17,091 bases of DNA from Fibrobacteria bacterium (GCA_043732185.1 JAYTHY010000009.1:1-17091), one strand, 5' to 3'. Shown: positions 7,121 to 17,028, numbered from the stretch's first letter. The notes: a model not told the origin generated them from the letters alone. Numbers and translations are program-made.

Positions 7121-10100
7121 GTCTCTCCTCAGTCAGCATTCGTCGTCCGGTACTGGCCTCGGTACTTTCCATTTTGATCATAGTGTTTGGCTTTATCGGC
7201 TACGCCTATTTGGGTGTGCGGGAATTTCCCGCCGTCGACCCCCCCACCATTTCCGTGACTACCAGCTACCGTGGTGCCAGCGCGGACATCATTGAATCCC
7301 AAATCACCGAGCCCTTGGAAGAATCCGTCAACGGCATCTCCGGCATCCGCACCATCGTCTCCGTCAGCCGCGATCAACAAAGTACCGTCACGGTGGAATT
7401 CGATTTGGGCTCGGATCTCGATGCGGCCGCCAATGATGTCCGGGACCGGGTGGCACGCGCCGTACGCAATTTGCCAGTCGATGCCGATCCGCCCACGGTG
7501 GCCAAGGCCGATGCCAATGCCACGGCCATCATCATGCTCACCGTGCAAAGCACCACGCGGGATATTCTGGAAGTCAGCGCCATCGGCACGCGCATCAAGG
7601 AACGGCTGCAAACCATTGCTGGGGTGGGCGAGGTGCGCATCTGGGGCGAAAAAAAATATGCTATGCGCTTGCGCCTTAATCCGGAAAAGCTCACCGCCTA
7701 CGGCCTCACCGTAGTAGATGTGCGCAACGCCGTCACCGCAGAAAATGTGGAACTGCCTTCCGGCATTATAGAAGGCAAGACAACGGAACTGACGGTTAGG
7801 ACAACGGGCCGCCTCAATACTCCTGAAGACTATAACAACCTCATCCTTAAGGCTGAAAGCGGGCAAGTGGTTCGCTTGGCCGATGTCGGAAAGGCCGAGC
7901 TCGGCGCCGAGAACGAGAAAACCATTCTCAAGAACAACGGTGTGCCCATGATTGGTTTGGCTCTCTCCGCACAGCCCGGTGCCAATAATCTGGCCATCGC
8001 GGAGGAATTTTACAAGCGTCTGGAATTGATTAAGAAGGATATGCCCAAGGATATCAAACTCAAGCTGGGTTTTGATTCCACGCGCTTTATCACCCGGTCC
8101 ATTTTGGAAGTGAAGGACACCATCCTGATCGCTTTTCTTTTGGTCGTACTGATCATTTTCCTGTTCTTCCGGGATTGGCGCACTACTTTGATTCCGGTTT
8201 TGGCCATACCCGTATCCTTGATCGGTTCCTTCTTTCTCATGTATATATGTGGATTCAGCATCAATGTTTTGACTTTACTCGGTGTGGTGCTGTCCATCGG
8301 CCTGGTGGTGGATGATGCCATCGTCGTATTGGAAAATATCTACGCAAAAATTGAAAAGGGCATGGATCCGCGAACGGCCGGTTTTAAAGGATCGCAGGAA
8401 ATCTTTTTTGCCGTACTGTCCACCACTTTAGTTTTAGCGGTCGTTTTTCTACCCATCGTTTTTCTGCAAGGCTTTACGGGTCGCATGTTTCGCGAATTCG
8501 GAGTCGTGGTGGCGGGCTCGGTTCTCATATCTGCCCTGGTTTCGCTTTCCTTGACACCGATGATGACTACGCGATTCATTAAGCATCGGGAGCGCCATGG
8601 CCGCTTTTACGAGCGCACGGAGCCTTTCTTTGTTTGGCTCAATGTACTGTACCGCAATTCGCTGACGGCCTTTCTGGAGCGTCGCTGGCTGGCGCTGGTC
8701 GCCCTAGCGGTTTCCTTAGCCTTGATGCTGGGAATCGGAATGACTTTGAAATCCGAAATTGCCCCGATGGAAGATCGCAGCGCCATCATGATGAATGCCA
8801 CCGCACAGGAAGGTGCTTCCTACGCATATATGGATGCCTTCATGGACACTTTGGCCAAAACCGTATCCGATAATGTTCCAGAGGCGGACATTATTCTCTC
8901 CGTCACCTCGCCCGGTTTCGGCGCGGCCGGTTCGGTCAATTCCGGTATATTCAGAATCTTTCTCGTCGAGCCAGACAAACGAAAACGACCCCAGGCAAAA
9001 ATCGCTGATATGCTAACTGGTAAAGTAAAAGCGCTTTCCGGAGCCAGAACCTTTGTCACTCAGGATCAGACCATTTCGGTGGGCGCCCGCGGTGGACTGC
9101 CCGTGCAGCTTGTCATCCAGGCCACGGATTTCGATAAGCTAAAAGAGGTGCTGCCTAAATTCGTTGAAGAGGCCCGTAAAAATCCGGCCTTCGCCATTGT
9201 GGATGAGAACCTGAAATTCAACAAACCCGAGCTTCGCGTTGACATTGACCGAGAGCGTATGCGTAACCTGGGTGTTTCGGTGCGTGACGTGGCTTCAGCC
9301 TTGCAATTGGCTTTCAGCGGCATTCGGTTTGACTACTTTCTCAAGGATGGCAGACAGTATCAAATTATCGGGCAAGTGGACAGGCCCTTTCGCAGCGAGC
9401 CATCCGCCCTCAAAAATATTTCCGTCAAAAATAAATCCGGCCAATTGATAAGTCTGGACAATTTGATGGCCTATAAAGAACAAATCAATCCGCCACAACT
9501 CTTCCGCTTCAATCGATATGTATCTGCAACAGTATCCGCAGGTCTTGCGCCGGGAGTCACTTTGGGTGAAGGCATCAAAGTCATGCAGTCCATTGCGGCC
9601 AAGGTGCTCGATCCCTCTTTCAGCACCGCCCTTTCCGGGCCTTCGCGTGACTTTGCGGAAAGCTCCTCCAGTTTGCTTTTCGCTCTTGGGCTGGCTTTGT
9701 GCCTGGTGTACCTGGTGCTGGCTGGACAATTTGAAAGTTATCGCGACCCGCTCATCATCATGCTTACGGTGCCTTTGGCTATGGCCGGCGCGGTACTAAG
9801 CCTTTGGTATTTCGAACAGACATTGAACATTTTCAGCAAAATCGGCATTATCATGCTGATAGGCCTCGTTACAAAGAACGGCATATTGATCGTTGAATTC
9901 GCCAATCAACGTCGCCATCAAGGGTTTGCCCTAGTTGATGCCGTAAAAGACGCCGCGGCCTCGCGTTTCCGTCCCATCCTAATGACCAGTCTCGCCACTG
10001 TGCTGGGCGCATTGCCGATAGCCTTGGCCCTGGGAGCCGGTTCCCAGAGCCGCAAGCCCATGGGCATTGCCGTGATTGGAGGTTTGCTTTTTTCTCTAGT

Positions 10101-10176
10101 GCTGACTCTGTACGTGGTTCCCGCCATGTATACCTATCTCTCCAAGCGTGGCGAATTGCCGAAGGAGGGCGAATGA
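7117..10176 (+). CDS. AcrB/AcrD/AcrF-family (HAE1, MdtC/MexW-like) RND efflux permease
   Basis: 1019 aa. SIRRPVLA, REFPAVDPP, GLVVDDAIVVLENI (paired Asp), GLVTKNGILIVEF (Lys) and RFRPILMT (Arg/Thr) show intact proton-relay motifs. ATGA overlaps at both ends. Confidence 0.96.
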   Translation: MSLSSVSIRRPVLASVLSILIIVFGFIGYAYLGVREFPAVDPPTISVTTSYRGASADIIESQITEPLEESVNGISGIRTIVSVSRDQQSTVTVEFDLGSDLDAAANDVRDRVARAVRNLPVDADPPTVAKADANATAIIMLTVQSTTRDILEVSAIGTRIKERLQTIAGVGEVRIWGEKKYAMRLRLNPEKLTAYGLTVVDVRNAVTAENVELPSGIIEGKTTELTVRTTGRLNTPEDYNNLILKAESGQVVRLADVGKAELGAENEKTILKNNGVPMIGLALSAQPGANNLAIAEEFYKRLELIKKDMPKDIKLKLGFDSTRFITRSILEVKDTILIAFLLVVLIIFLFFRDWRTTLIPVLAIPVSLIGSFFLMYICGFSINVLTLLGVVLSIGLVVDDAIVVLENIYAKIEKGMDPRTAGFKGSQEIFFAVLSTTLVLAVVFLPIVFLQGFTGRMFREFGVVVAGSVLISALVSLSLTPMMTTRFIKHRERHGRFYERTEPFFVWLNVLYRNSLTAFLERRWLALVALAVSLALMLGIGMTLKSEIAPMEDRSAIMMNATAQEGASYAYMDAFMDTLAKTVSDNVPEADIILSVTSPGFGAAGSVNSGIFRIFLVEPDKRKRPQAKIADMLTGKVKALSGARTFVTQDQTISVGARGGLPVQLVIQATDFDKLKEVLPKFVEEARKNPAFAIVDENLKFNKPELRVDIDRERMRNLGVSVRDVASALQLAFSGIRFDYFLKDGRQYQIIGQVDRPFRSEPSALKNISVKNKSGQLISLDNLMAYKEQINPPQLFRFNRYVSATVSAGLAPGVTLGEGIKVMQSIAAKVLDPSFSTALSGPSRDFAESSSSLLFALGLALCLVYLVLAGQFESYRDPLIIMLTVPLAMAGAVLSLWYFEQTLNIFSKIGIIMLIGLVTKNGILIVEFANQRRHQGFALVDAVKDAAASRFRPILMTSLATVLGALPIALALGAGSQSRKPMGIAVIGGLLFSLVLTLYVVPAMYTYLSKRGELPKEGE

Positions 10177-11498
10177 ATAGGACCAGATTTTGGAGCGGTT
10201 TTTTCTTTTCAGGTTGGATAGGATGTACTACGCTATTGGCTGAGGTGCCGACCTTGTCCTTAGCAACCGCTGTCCGGGAAGCCTTGGACAATAACCGTAA
10301 CATTCAAGTTTCCGAGATTGAAGCACGTGCCGCTGCGGGGCAAGTATCCTGGGGTAGAGCAGGTGTCCTGCCAAAAGCGGATATCACCGCCAGCCAGGTG
10401 CGCAGTGTTACCGACACCCGGCAGCAAAGGGCGGGTTCGGCTGTAGAGGAGAAAACAGGCGCAAAGTCGACCAGTACAACGGCAGGCATTCTTGGGACTT
10501 GGACAGTTTTTGAAGGAATGGCTTCTCTGGCAGCACATGACAGGCTGGTTGCCCAGTCGAATGTGGCCAGTGAACGGCGATCCCAGATGCGACAGGATAT
10601 TGCGGCCGAAGTAACAGTTGCCTACGTGGATCTGGTCCGACAAAAAATGGTTCTCGTGGCTCTCGACTCCTCGGTTTCCTTTTCCAAAGAGCGAGTAAAA
10701 ATTACCGAAGGCAAATATGGTTTTGGATCTTTGTCCAAATTGGATGTGCTGCAGGCCAAGCTCGATCTCAACGAAGACCTTTCCGCCAGAATCAAACAGG
10801 AAGCAGCATACGTCAATGCCAAATCTTTTCTGAATTCAATTTTAGCCAGGAGCGACTCGGCCTCTTACACTGTAGAAGATTCCATTCTCTTGAACCCAAT
10901 TCCTGCCTTTACGGAACTACATTCGGTGGCTTTGGAAGCCAGCCCTGATTTAAGGCAGGCGGCGCAAATTCGCAATTTGGCCTCAGCTGCATATCGTGAA
11001 TATCGGGGTCATCTTTTCCCACAGCTCGGAGTAACTCTTGGTTACAACTATGGACTTACGGAATCGGAGGCAGGCTTCATCCGATCCAATGAAGCCTTGG
11101 GATGGAATTATGGCGTCAACCTAAAATGGAACGTCTTCGATGGATTTGTACTTCCCGACGATTATCGTAACGCGCGAGCTACTGAGCGAAAAGCCGACCT
11201 TTACTATCTAGAATCCAAGTCCAATTTAGAGACCCATTTGTCCCAATATCACGCCAACCATAAAGCCAGTTTGGACGTCCTGGCTTTGGAAGAGGCCAAT
11301 TTGACTTTGGCTCGCGAGAATGTCACCATCTCGATGGAACGCCTGCGTTTAGGAACCATTACCTCGTTAGAGCTGCGTACGGCGCAAGAGAAATTTGTGG
11401 CAGCGGAGACGCGTCTCATATCGGCCCGCTTTGAATGCAAACGCGCAGAAACAGAATTGCTCCGGTTAGCCGGGCGCTTGGCCCAGGCTTCTCCCTAG
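10173..11498 (+). CDS. TolC-family outer membrane efflux protein
   Basis: 441 aa. Signal peptide, LSLATAVREALDNN, KYGFGSLSKLDVLQAKLD, LKWNVFDGF, ERLRLGTITSLELRTAQ, ELLRLAG. Confidence 0.92.
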   Translation: MNRTRFWSGFFFSGWIGCTTLLAEVPTLSLATAVREALDNNRNIQVSEIEARAAAGQVSWGRAGVLPKADITASQVRSVTDTRQQRAGSAVEEKTGAKSTSTTAGILGTWTVFEGMASLAAHDRLVAQSNVASERRSQMRQDIAAEVTVAYVDLVRQKMVLVALDSSVSFSKERVKITEGKYGFGSLSKLDVLQAKLDLNEDLSARIKQEAAYVNAKSFLNSILARSDSASYTVEDSILLNPIPAFTELHSVALEASPDLRQAAQIRNLASAAYREYRGHLFPQLGVTLGYNYGLTESEAGFIRSNEALGWNYGVNLKWNVFDGFVLPDDYRNARATERKADLYYLESKSNLETHLSQYHANHKASLDVLALEEANLTLARENVTISMERLRLGTITSLELRTAQEKFVAAETRLISARFECKRAETELLRLAGRLAQASP

Positions 11499-11580
11499 TC
11501 TCCCCCAAAAATAACGGTTTAATTGCCTGTCTAAAATGGGTAGAATATACCGGGAGAATAAGTTTCGATTCTAACGGGGC

Positions 11581-11607
11581 GCTGCAAAGGGGTGAGCCCT
11601 TTTTAGC
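11581..11607 (+). terminator. Possible weak intrinsic terminator or hairpin after the TolC gene
   Basis: AAAGGG-GTGAG-CCCTTT(TT), extendable by GCT/AGC, about 80 nt downstream of the stop. The GC stem is short. Confidence 0.3.
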
Positions 11608-11761
11608 AAACCGGTTAAAAAAGACTCGGAATTCAACTCAAATAAGGGGTGTAGGCCATAGGGCCATTACATTATATTCCTTTGTCCGCTGAAGTATGCT
11701 TTTGTTGCGAGCCCGTGACAAAAAGGCACTGTTTAGCAACTGAAAAAGTGAGGACGGTACC

Positions 11762-13879
11762 ATGATTGAATCCCATCCATCTCGACTATTGAATGTGGTC
11801 TCCAGCTCGAGTCGGGGCAAATATATTGCGGCTTTGGGAGTATTCCTGGTTGCTTCTTTGCTGTCAACTCCAATCCAAGCGGCTCCCAAACGTTGCGATT
11901 GGCATGGGCCGAGATCGTCAGGGGAAGCGACTTATAATAAATGCATCGATTTTGCCGCCATTCAAGGCACCACCGTGAACGTCCCAAAAAACGTGACCAG
12001 AATCAGTGCCGATGGAATATCCTTTTGCTCCGGGGCGTTTACGCAGGCGGGTGCAGGAAATGCAGACATTGTTTTTATCTATGACAATAGTGGGAGTATG
12101 GCTTCGAAGGTAGCCTATGTCGACCCAGCCCTCAATGATACTGTTTTCTATTATCAGAATGGAACCAGTACGGCTTGTAATATTAACGTTACAGGCCCTA
12201 TGGATTATCAAACATTGATTGGAAAGAGGACCATCTCCAAACTGGCGAGCGCTGGTTGTAATACTATATCTGGTGATCCATATTATGCCCGTGGTCAGGT
12301 CATTCAAAAGGCTATCGACTTTTTAGTAGCCAATTCGCCTACCTCCACTGCCGGTGCCGTATCGTTCACAGATAAAACCGCACATCTGCGATCACCGCTT
12401 CAATTAAGCCTGGCGTCTAATGCCACACTGGTCAAGAATAGCATCGTCCTCGATTCCTCTGGAGGAACATACTACGGACCTCCTTTGCAGCAGGCCAAAG
12501 ATTGGTTGACTGATCCAGCCATCATCAAAACTCAACGGCAGGCGATTATTTTCATCTCGGATGGAGCGCCCACGGACACAACTGGGACCAATTCCTACTT
12601 GAACATTACCGGGCTTCCACCGGTTTATAGTATTTACCTAGGAGATGCGGCCGTACCAGACACATTGAAACTAAAACAGCTTTCAGATAAAACCGGTGGC
12701 ACTTTTACGCGCGTCAATCCGCGAAACGTATTAGCTATCCAGGACGTTATGACTTCGATTGTAAAATCGATAACTACTACCTCCGTTCCCAAATCCGTGA
12801 CAGTCGTTAATTCCTCCCTAACACCTCCCCAAACTAGCCATAGCAGTGCAGTAACCGTAAACGCAGATGGTAGCCAAGGCGTTACCCTAGACAGCATCAT
12901 AGGACTCAATACAGGCGCCAATAGCATCCAGATCAACGTGATAAAACCGGATAACACGCCAGTGAACTACTCCTTCACCATAAACGTATCCAGTGCCGAA
13001 ATATCCGCCACCGGCGGGAATTATACTTGCTGGGACATGCCCACTCTAACGGCCGTGGACCCTGCAGGCTTGACACCGGAAATTTATGCGCCTGGTGGAA
13101 TTGGTTACACTTTGAAGCTGACCCGTTCGACTTCCGAGTTACGGAATGTTACGGTAGCGGGCACATCGGAAAACGGTGATAAGGAAAATATAACTCTGGG
13201 CACTCCCACCAGTCCTTTAGGGTTTCCCACTCAGACGGGAGATTTTAAATACAACCCCAATGACGCAACGCCCACCTTGGACAATGGAACCCTGGAAGTG
13301 GATAAAAACGGCGCGCTGACTTTCACCTGGAGCCATCCCCGAGATGGTCGGGAAACGGTAACCTACATACTGCCTGGAAGAATCACCCCAGTCATAAATG
13401 GCGATGTAGTTTTTACAATCAAAAATCCCATCACTCAGGGAGAAGTCATCACTCCGGTTAAATTGGAAAATCCTGTCGTTATAGTGGATGGCAAGAATAC
13501 CTGTCTGTCTAATTGCAATGGCACGCAAGTTTTCTGGCCCAACGCCAACATTCCCACTTGGATTCTCTCTATAAAATCCCCCATTACCTATTCCGTGCAT
13601 GTATATGACAACATCGGTCAGTCCGTAGCGATGGGACGTGGTGAAATCACATTAGCGACGTGGAACTCCATGGCGAAATCCGGAGACTCGGCTGCGATAC
13701 AATTGAAGCTCCCGCCTTTGGCGAGTAACGGCCAGCTATTAGGCACCGGTGCGTATGTGATGAAAGTGCTAATTACAGCGCAAGGCGATCAGGTAACCAA
13801 GAATTCCGCCGGGGAGCTGATCATCGTGAAAAACTCCAAACGGGAATATTTCAAAAAATTCGGATTTATCCGCAAGTAG
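11762..13879 (+). CDS. Secreted von Willebrand factor A (vWA) domain protein with beta-rich stalk and C-terminal secretion-tag-like domain
   Basis: 705 aa. Signal peptide (IAALGVFLVASLLSTPIQA); intact MIDAS elements DIVFIYDNSGSM, GGTYY, IIFISDG; Thr/Ser/Val/Asn-rich middle; C-terminus VHVYDNIGQSV...NGQLLGTGAYVMK...KKFGFIRK. GAGG lies upstream of the ATG. Confidence 0.85.
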   Translation: MIESHPSRLLNVVSSSSRGKYIAALGVFLVASLLSTPIQAAPKRCDWHGPRSSGEATYNKCIDFAAIQGTTVNVPKNVTRISADGISFCSGAFTQAGAGNADIVFIYDNSGSMASKVAYVDPALNDTVFYYQNGTSTACNINVTGPMDYQTLIGKRTISKLASAGCNTISGDPYYARGQVIQKAIDFLVANSPTSTAGAVSFTDKTAHLRSPLQLSLASNATLVKNSIVLDSSGGTYYGPPLQQAKDWLTDPAIIKTQRQAIIFISDGAPTDTTGTNSYLNITGLPPVYSIYLGDAAVPDTLKLKQLSDKTGGTFTRVNPRNVLAIQDVMTSIVKSITTTSVPKSVTVVNSSLTPPQTSHSSAVTVNADGSQGVTLDSIIGLNTGANSIQINVIKPDNTPVNYSFTINVSSAEISATGGNYTCWDMPTLTAVDPAGLTPEIYAPGGIGYTLKLTRSTSELRNVTVAGTSENGDKENITLGTPTSPLGFPTQTGDFKYNPNDATPTLDNGTLEVDKNGALTFTWSHPRDGRETVTYILPGRITPVINGDVVFTIKNPITQGEVITPVKLENPVVIVDGKNTCLSNCNGTQVFWPNANIPTWILSIKSPITYSVHVYDNIGQSVAMGRGEITLATWNSMAKSGDSAAIQLKLPPLASNGQLLGTGAYVMKVLITAQGDQVTKNSAGELIIVKNSKREYFKKFGFIRK

Positions 13880-13894
13880 CGGCTCGATTATTCC

Positions 13895-14770
13895 TCAACT
13901 GATCTCGCGCATCCAGCGAATACAGGTTTCTAATTCGACCTGCATTTTATCTCGACCCGCATGGAAACGACGACCGTGCCCGGGTAGAATCCATGTGAAT
14001 GGGTAACTTCTCAGCTTCTCCATGGATCTGAGCGTTTCCGCCCACGAATACCAACATGCGTCCTTAAATGCGTACAAGTGGCCGCGTCTTTTCGAAAAGG
14101 CGAGATGGTCGCCTGTAAATAGAAAGGTGTTCTGAAACAATAATGCCGTGCTGCCTTGCGTATGACCCGGAACGGGTATAATCGTAAGGTCTTGTGCCAA
14201 TCGAACGTCCTTTTCACCTTGCAGTATCCGCTCAATAGCGCGGGTTCCCGCTGTGACATCCCCGGAATGTAAAATGCGTTCGCAGCCGAACCGATTCTGC
14301 CAGAATTGATGGTCGGCCACATCGTCACCGTGCGTTAGGTACAACCATCGCACGCCCCCAAGGGCTTCAATATTATCCGCCAGAATTTCTGATTGTCGCG
14401 GCGAATCCACCAGCACATTACCCTCTGGGTGGCGGATGAGGTAACTGGCGGCCCCGAAAGATTTGGAGCTATGGTATCCGCAGTAGTACACCACTCCGTC
14501 TATGAGTAAAGGAAATTCACGTCGCGCCAATGCTATTTCAGGAGCCGGAGTCATGGTGCCAATAGAGGCCGTGGGGCAGGCGATCAGAGCCCGCAAGGCT
14601 GATTGGCGAGCTTCCTGATCCGATGGTTGACAGTGCACAACCGATTGCTCTTGGGAACGCGTAAAGGTTTCCGGCGCAAGCCAGCGGCATGTATCGCAGT
14701 CTATGCAGGTATGGTCTACATAAAAATCGCCAGGGACATTATCAGGCAGTTTACGCTTTGGATTGGCCAC
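13895..14770 (-). CDS. MBL-fold metallo-hydrolase with N-terminal ferredoxin-like (Fe-S) domain
   Basis: 291 aa, GTG start. FYVDHTCIDCDTCRWLAP...CPTASIG Fe-S motif; MBL motifs LVDSP, LTHGDDVADH, PGHTQGS, FTGDH, LPGHG. Confidence 0.9.
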   Translation of the reverse strand: MANPKRKLPDNVPGDFYVDHTCIDCDTCRWLAPETFTRSQEQSVVHCQPSDQEARQSALRALIACPTASIGTMTPAPEIALARREFPLLIDGVVYYCGYHSSKSFGAASYLIRHPEGNVLVDSPRQSEILADNIEALGGVRWLYLTHGDDVADHQFWQNRFGCERILHSGDVTAGTRAIERILQGEKDVRLAQDLTIIPVPGHTQGSTALLFQNTFLFTGDHLAFSKRRGHLYAFKDACWYSWAETLRSMEKLRSYPFTWILPGHGRRFHAGRDKMQVELETCIRWMREIS

Positions 14771-14790
14771 AGCAATAATCTACACTAGTC

Positions 14791-17028
14791 TTAGTCATCC
14801 CGAAGCGATGTACACATCCGACCCTGCTGCGTTGTACCTCTGGCGTCCTTGAAAACGTACAGGTATAAAGTTTCCGTCAAACCAGTGAGAGTAGAGGACC
14901 ATTTTTGGCCGTTAAAAAAAGCGTGGGCCACCGACTTGCCTTGCAAATTGTAGACGGTCAAGTTGCCGATTCCGAGTCTTGAATCCGGATAGATCTCCCA
15001 TTCGCCCAATCTGCGCAATGCAAATTGAAGCGCCCCTTTGACGAGGGGCGTCTTGGGTGGTTCGGATAAAATAAGGGGCAGATCTACCGGGTGCAGGGCT
15101 GGAGTGACTGGCAGGACAGGCGCATCCGCAATGCCCGAACCGGAATCGGCCTTTGTGAAAGCCAATTTGGACCAAGCATCCAGGTTGTGGTAAGCGGTAA
15201 AAATTGTGATGCCCGTCGTTGCCGGCATTTCCCGTAAGGCGAGCATGGCCCAAAGTCTCACGTGTGGTTCCGTAGCATTCACGGTACCTTGTTCGCGAAT
15301 AGCCATAGCGGAAGCTGCCGTACGCGGCATAGCCTTCACTAGATTCATGCGCACCGCTGGGGAAGGATGTAACAATGCCGCCTTTAGAATAGGATCCCAG
15401 ATTTGCGGATGGGATTTAAAGAACCCCAGGCCTTCTGCAGTCCACATGGCATGTAAGGCGTAACCGTCGATTCCGGCTTCGTCCTTGGCCCAGCTAGTAG
15501 ATAGCGCCGTAGAGAGTAGGACTTCCATTTTGTTCAAATCAGCCGTGGCCGTGGTTACTTTGAGAATTTGTTTTTGAGCGGATGTCCGCCAAAGGAGATT
15601 GGAATGACCTAGCGCGGCAACCAATTGTTCGGGAGTCGCTTTGCTCAGATTAAGAACGGGGTCGAGTCTGCCATCGGCAGGGATTACCCGGTATACGCGT
15701 TCGTGGCTGCGGTCCCTTAAGCTGCGATAGGGCAGCAAGGGATCTTCGAAAGCCTGACCAATACCTTGGGGCAGCATGCCATTGTGCAAAATGATATACG
15801 TGTACCAATCCAAAATCCATAATGCTCCATCCGGGCCGACGCGAGTTTGGATGGGCGCGCTCCAGGCATCGGTGGATGCGTAAATATTTGGAGTGGATGC
15901 CACTCGTTTAGAAGCCCAGGTGCTTCCCACCGGATCGAGAAAATCCACATTGACTAAGTGACCGGTACCTTCGGATACAAATGCCGCACGGTTCCAATAT
16001 TCCTTGGGGAAAAGTCTGGCGGTGTATATTTCGTGGCCGGAAGCGGCCGTGAATCCCCCAAAATTATCGCCTTGCACCAAGTCTTTAGTTATGGCCTTGA
16101 TGCTATTGTCCGGGGACGAGATGATATTTGTTCCTAATCCGGGAATTACTGCGTGATGCGAATGGTACACACCTACGGATGCCGTGAATACCTGGCCGTC
16201 TTCCATCATGCCCAAAGCGGCCGAATTTTTGCTGCTGGTTTCTGCGGCGAAATATTCGAATTTACTGCCGTCCATGCGCATCCGAATGACCCCAGGACCA
16301 AAGGAGACGCCGTTGACTTTCCCTCCATTATATCCGCAATCCGCATACAGCCAATTGTCCATGCCATAACGCAAGTTGGAGATGGAACCATGCGTGTCGC
16401 CTTGATTGAATCCTGAGTACAGTATTTTGCCCTGAGCCGCATCGGCTTTGTCGTCACCGTTGCTGTCAGTGAATAGAAGCATATACGGTGCCATGGCAAC
16501 GACGATGCCTTGGGGCACGATTTCTATTCCTTGCGGGATGTTCAACCCGGTTACGAAAACCGTTTGCTTGTCGACCACATGATCCCCGTCCGTATCTTCC
16601 AAGATAACGACGCGGTCATGACCACCAAAGGGAGTTGTCACGGTATTGGGGTAATCAAAAGTTTCCACCGCCCACATGCGGCCCCGTTCATCGAAAGTGA
16701 AGTTTTGCAAAGAAATGATATGTCCCGAATCTGCTTCCGAAGCCCATAATTCCAATTTGAACCCGGCCGGCACCTCGGTGCAATTCATCGATGGGCCAGG
16801 CGTGAGGGCGGATTGAATGGTTCCGAAATTAGTTTTAAGGGTAAAGTCGGCTGGGTTTCCCAAATATCGGCCTGTGAAATTATCCCCCATGGGAAAGGCT
16901 TCACGGCTTAATGTTGGACAAGGTCCATTTTTGGTGAGGGGCACTTTAAGGGGCCGAGCCCCTGCAAGTGATAAGGCCCCTAAAAGGGTGGAGAGAGCCA
17001 CCCATCGGGGCCAAAAAAGTTCCGGCAT
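14791..17028 (-). CDS. PVC-type putative membrane-bound-dehydrogenase beta-propeller domain protein with HEAT-like repeats and a T9SS-like C-terminal domain
   Basis: Motifs VPAGFKLELWASE, FDERGRMWAVETFDYPN, DRVVILEDTDGD, DTHGSISNLRYGMDNWLY, GPDGALWILDWY; HEAT-like LGHSNLLWRTSAQ and LLHPSPAVRMN. Start placed at ATG 17028 because a signal peptide (MPELFWPRWVALSTLLGALSLAGA) follows. The ORF track start is 17085. Confidence 0.82.
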   Translation of the reverse strand: MPELFWPRWVALSTLLGALSLAGARPLKVPLTKNGPCPTLSREAFPMGDNFTGRYLGNPADFTLKTNFGTIQSALTPGPSMNCTEVPAGFKLELWASEADSGHIISLQNFTFDERGRMWAVETFDYPNTVTTPFGGHDRVVILEDTDGDHVVDKQTVFVTGLNIPQGIEIVPQGIVVAMAPYMLLFTDSNGDDKADAAQGKILYSGFNQGDTHGSISNLRYGMDNWLYADCGYNGGKVNGVSFGPGVIRMRMDGSKFEYFAAETSSKNSAALGMMEDGQVFTASVGVYHSHHAVIPGLGTNIISSPDNSIKAITKDLVQGDNFGGFTAASGHEIYTARLFPKEYWNRAAFVSEGTGHLVNVDFLDPVGSTWASKRVASTPNIYASTDAWSAPIQTRVGPDGALWILDWYTYIILHNGMLPQGIGQAFEDPLLPYRSLRDRSHERVYRVIPADGRLDPVLNLSKATPEQLVAALGHSNLLWRTSAQKQILKVTTATADLNKMEVLLSTALSTSWAKDEAGIDGYALHAMWTAEGLGFFKSHPQIWDPILKAALLHPSPAVRMNLVKAMPRTAASAMAIREQGTVNATEPHVRLWAMLALREMPATTGITIFTAYHNLDAWSKLAFTKADSGSGIADAPVLPVTPALHPVDLPLILSEPPKTPLVKGALQFALRRLGEWEIYPDSRLGIGNLTVYNLQGKSVAHAFFNGQKWSSTLTGLTETLYLYVFKDARGTTQQGRMCTSLRDD

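Noticed and set aside
7230..7740. Locally GC-richer stretch at the start of the HAE1 permease
   Set aside because: Judged by eye only, with no boundaries or repeats to indicate recombination.
11575..11650. GCAAACC and GCAAAG words suggesting a c-di-GMP-I riboswitch upstream of the vWA gene
   Set aside because: The elements are in the wrong order, with no GAAA-tetraloop stem or receptor. An Infernal/Rfam scan would settle it.
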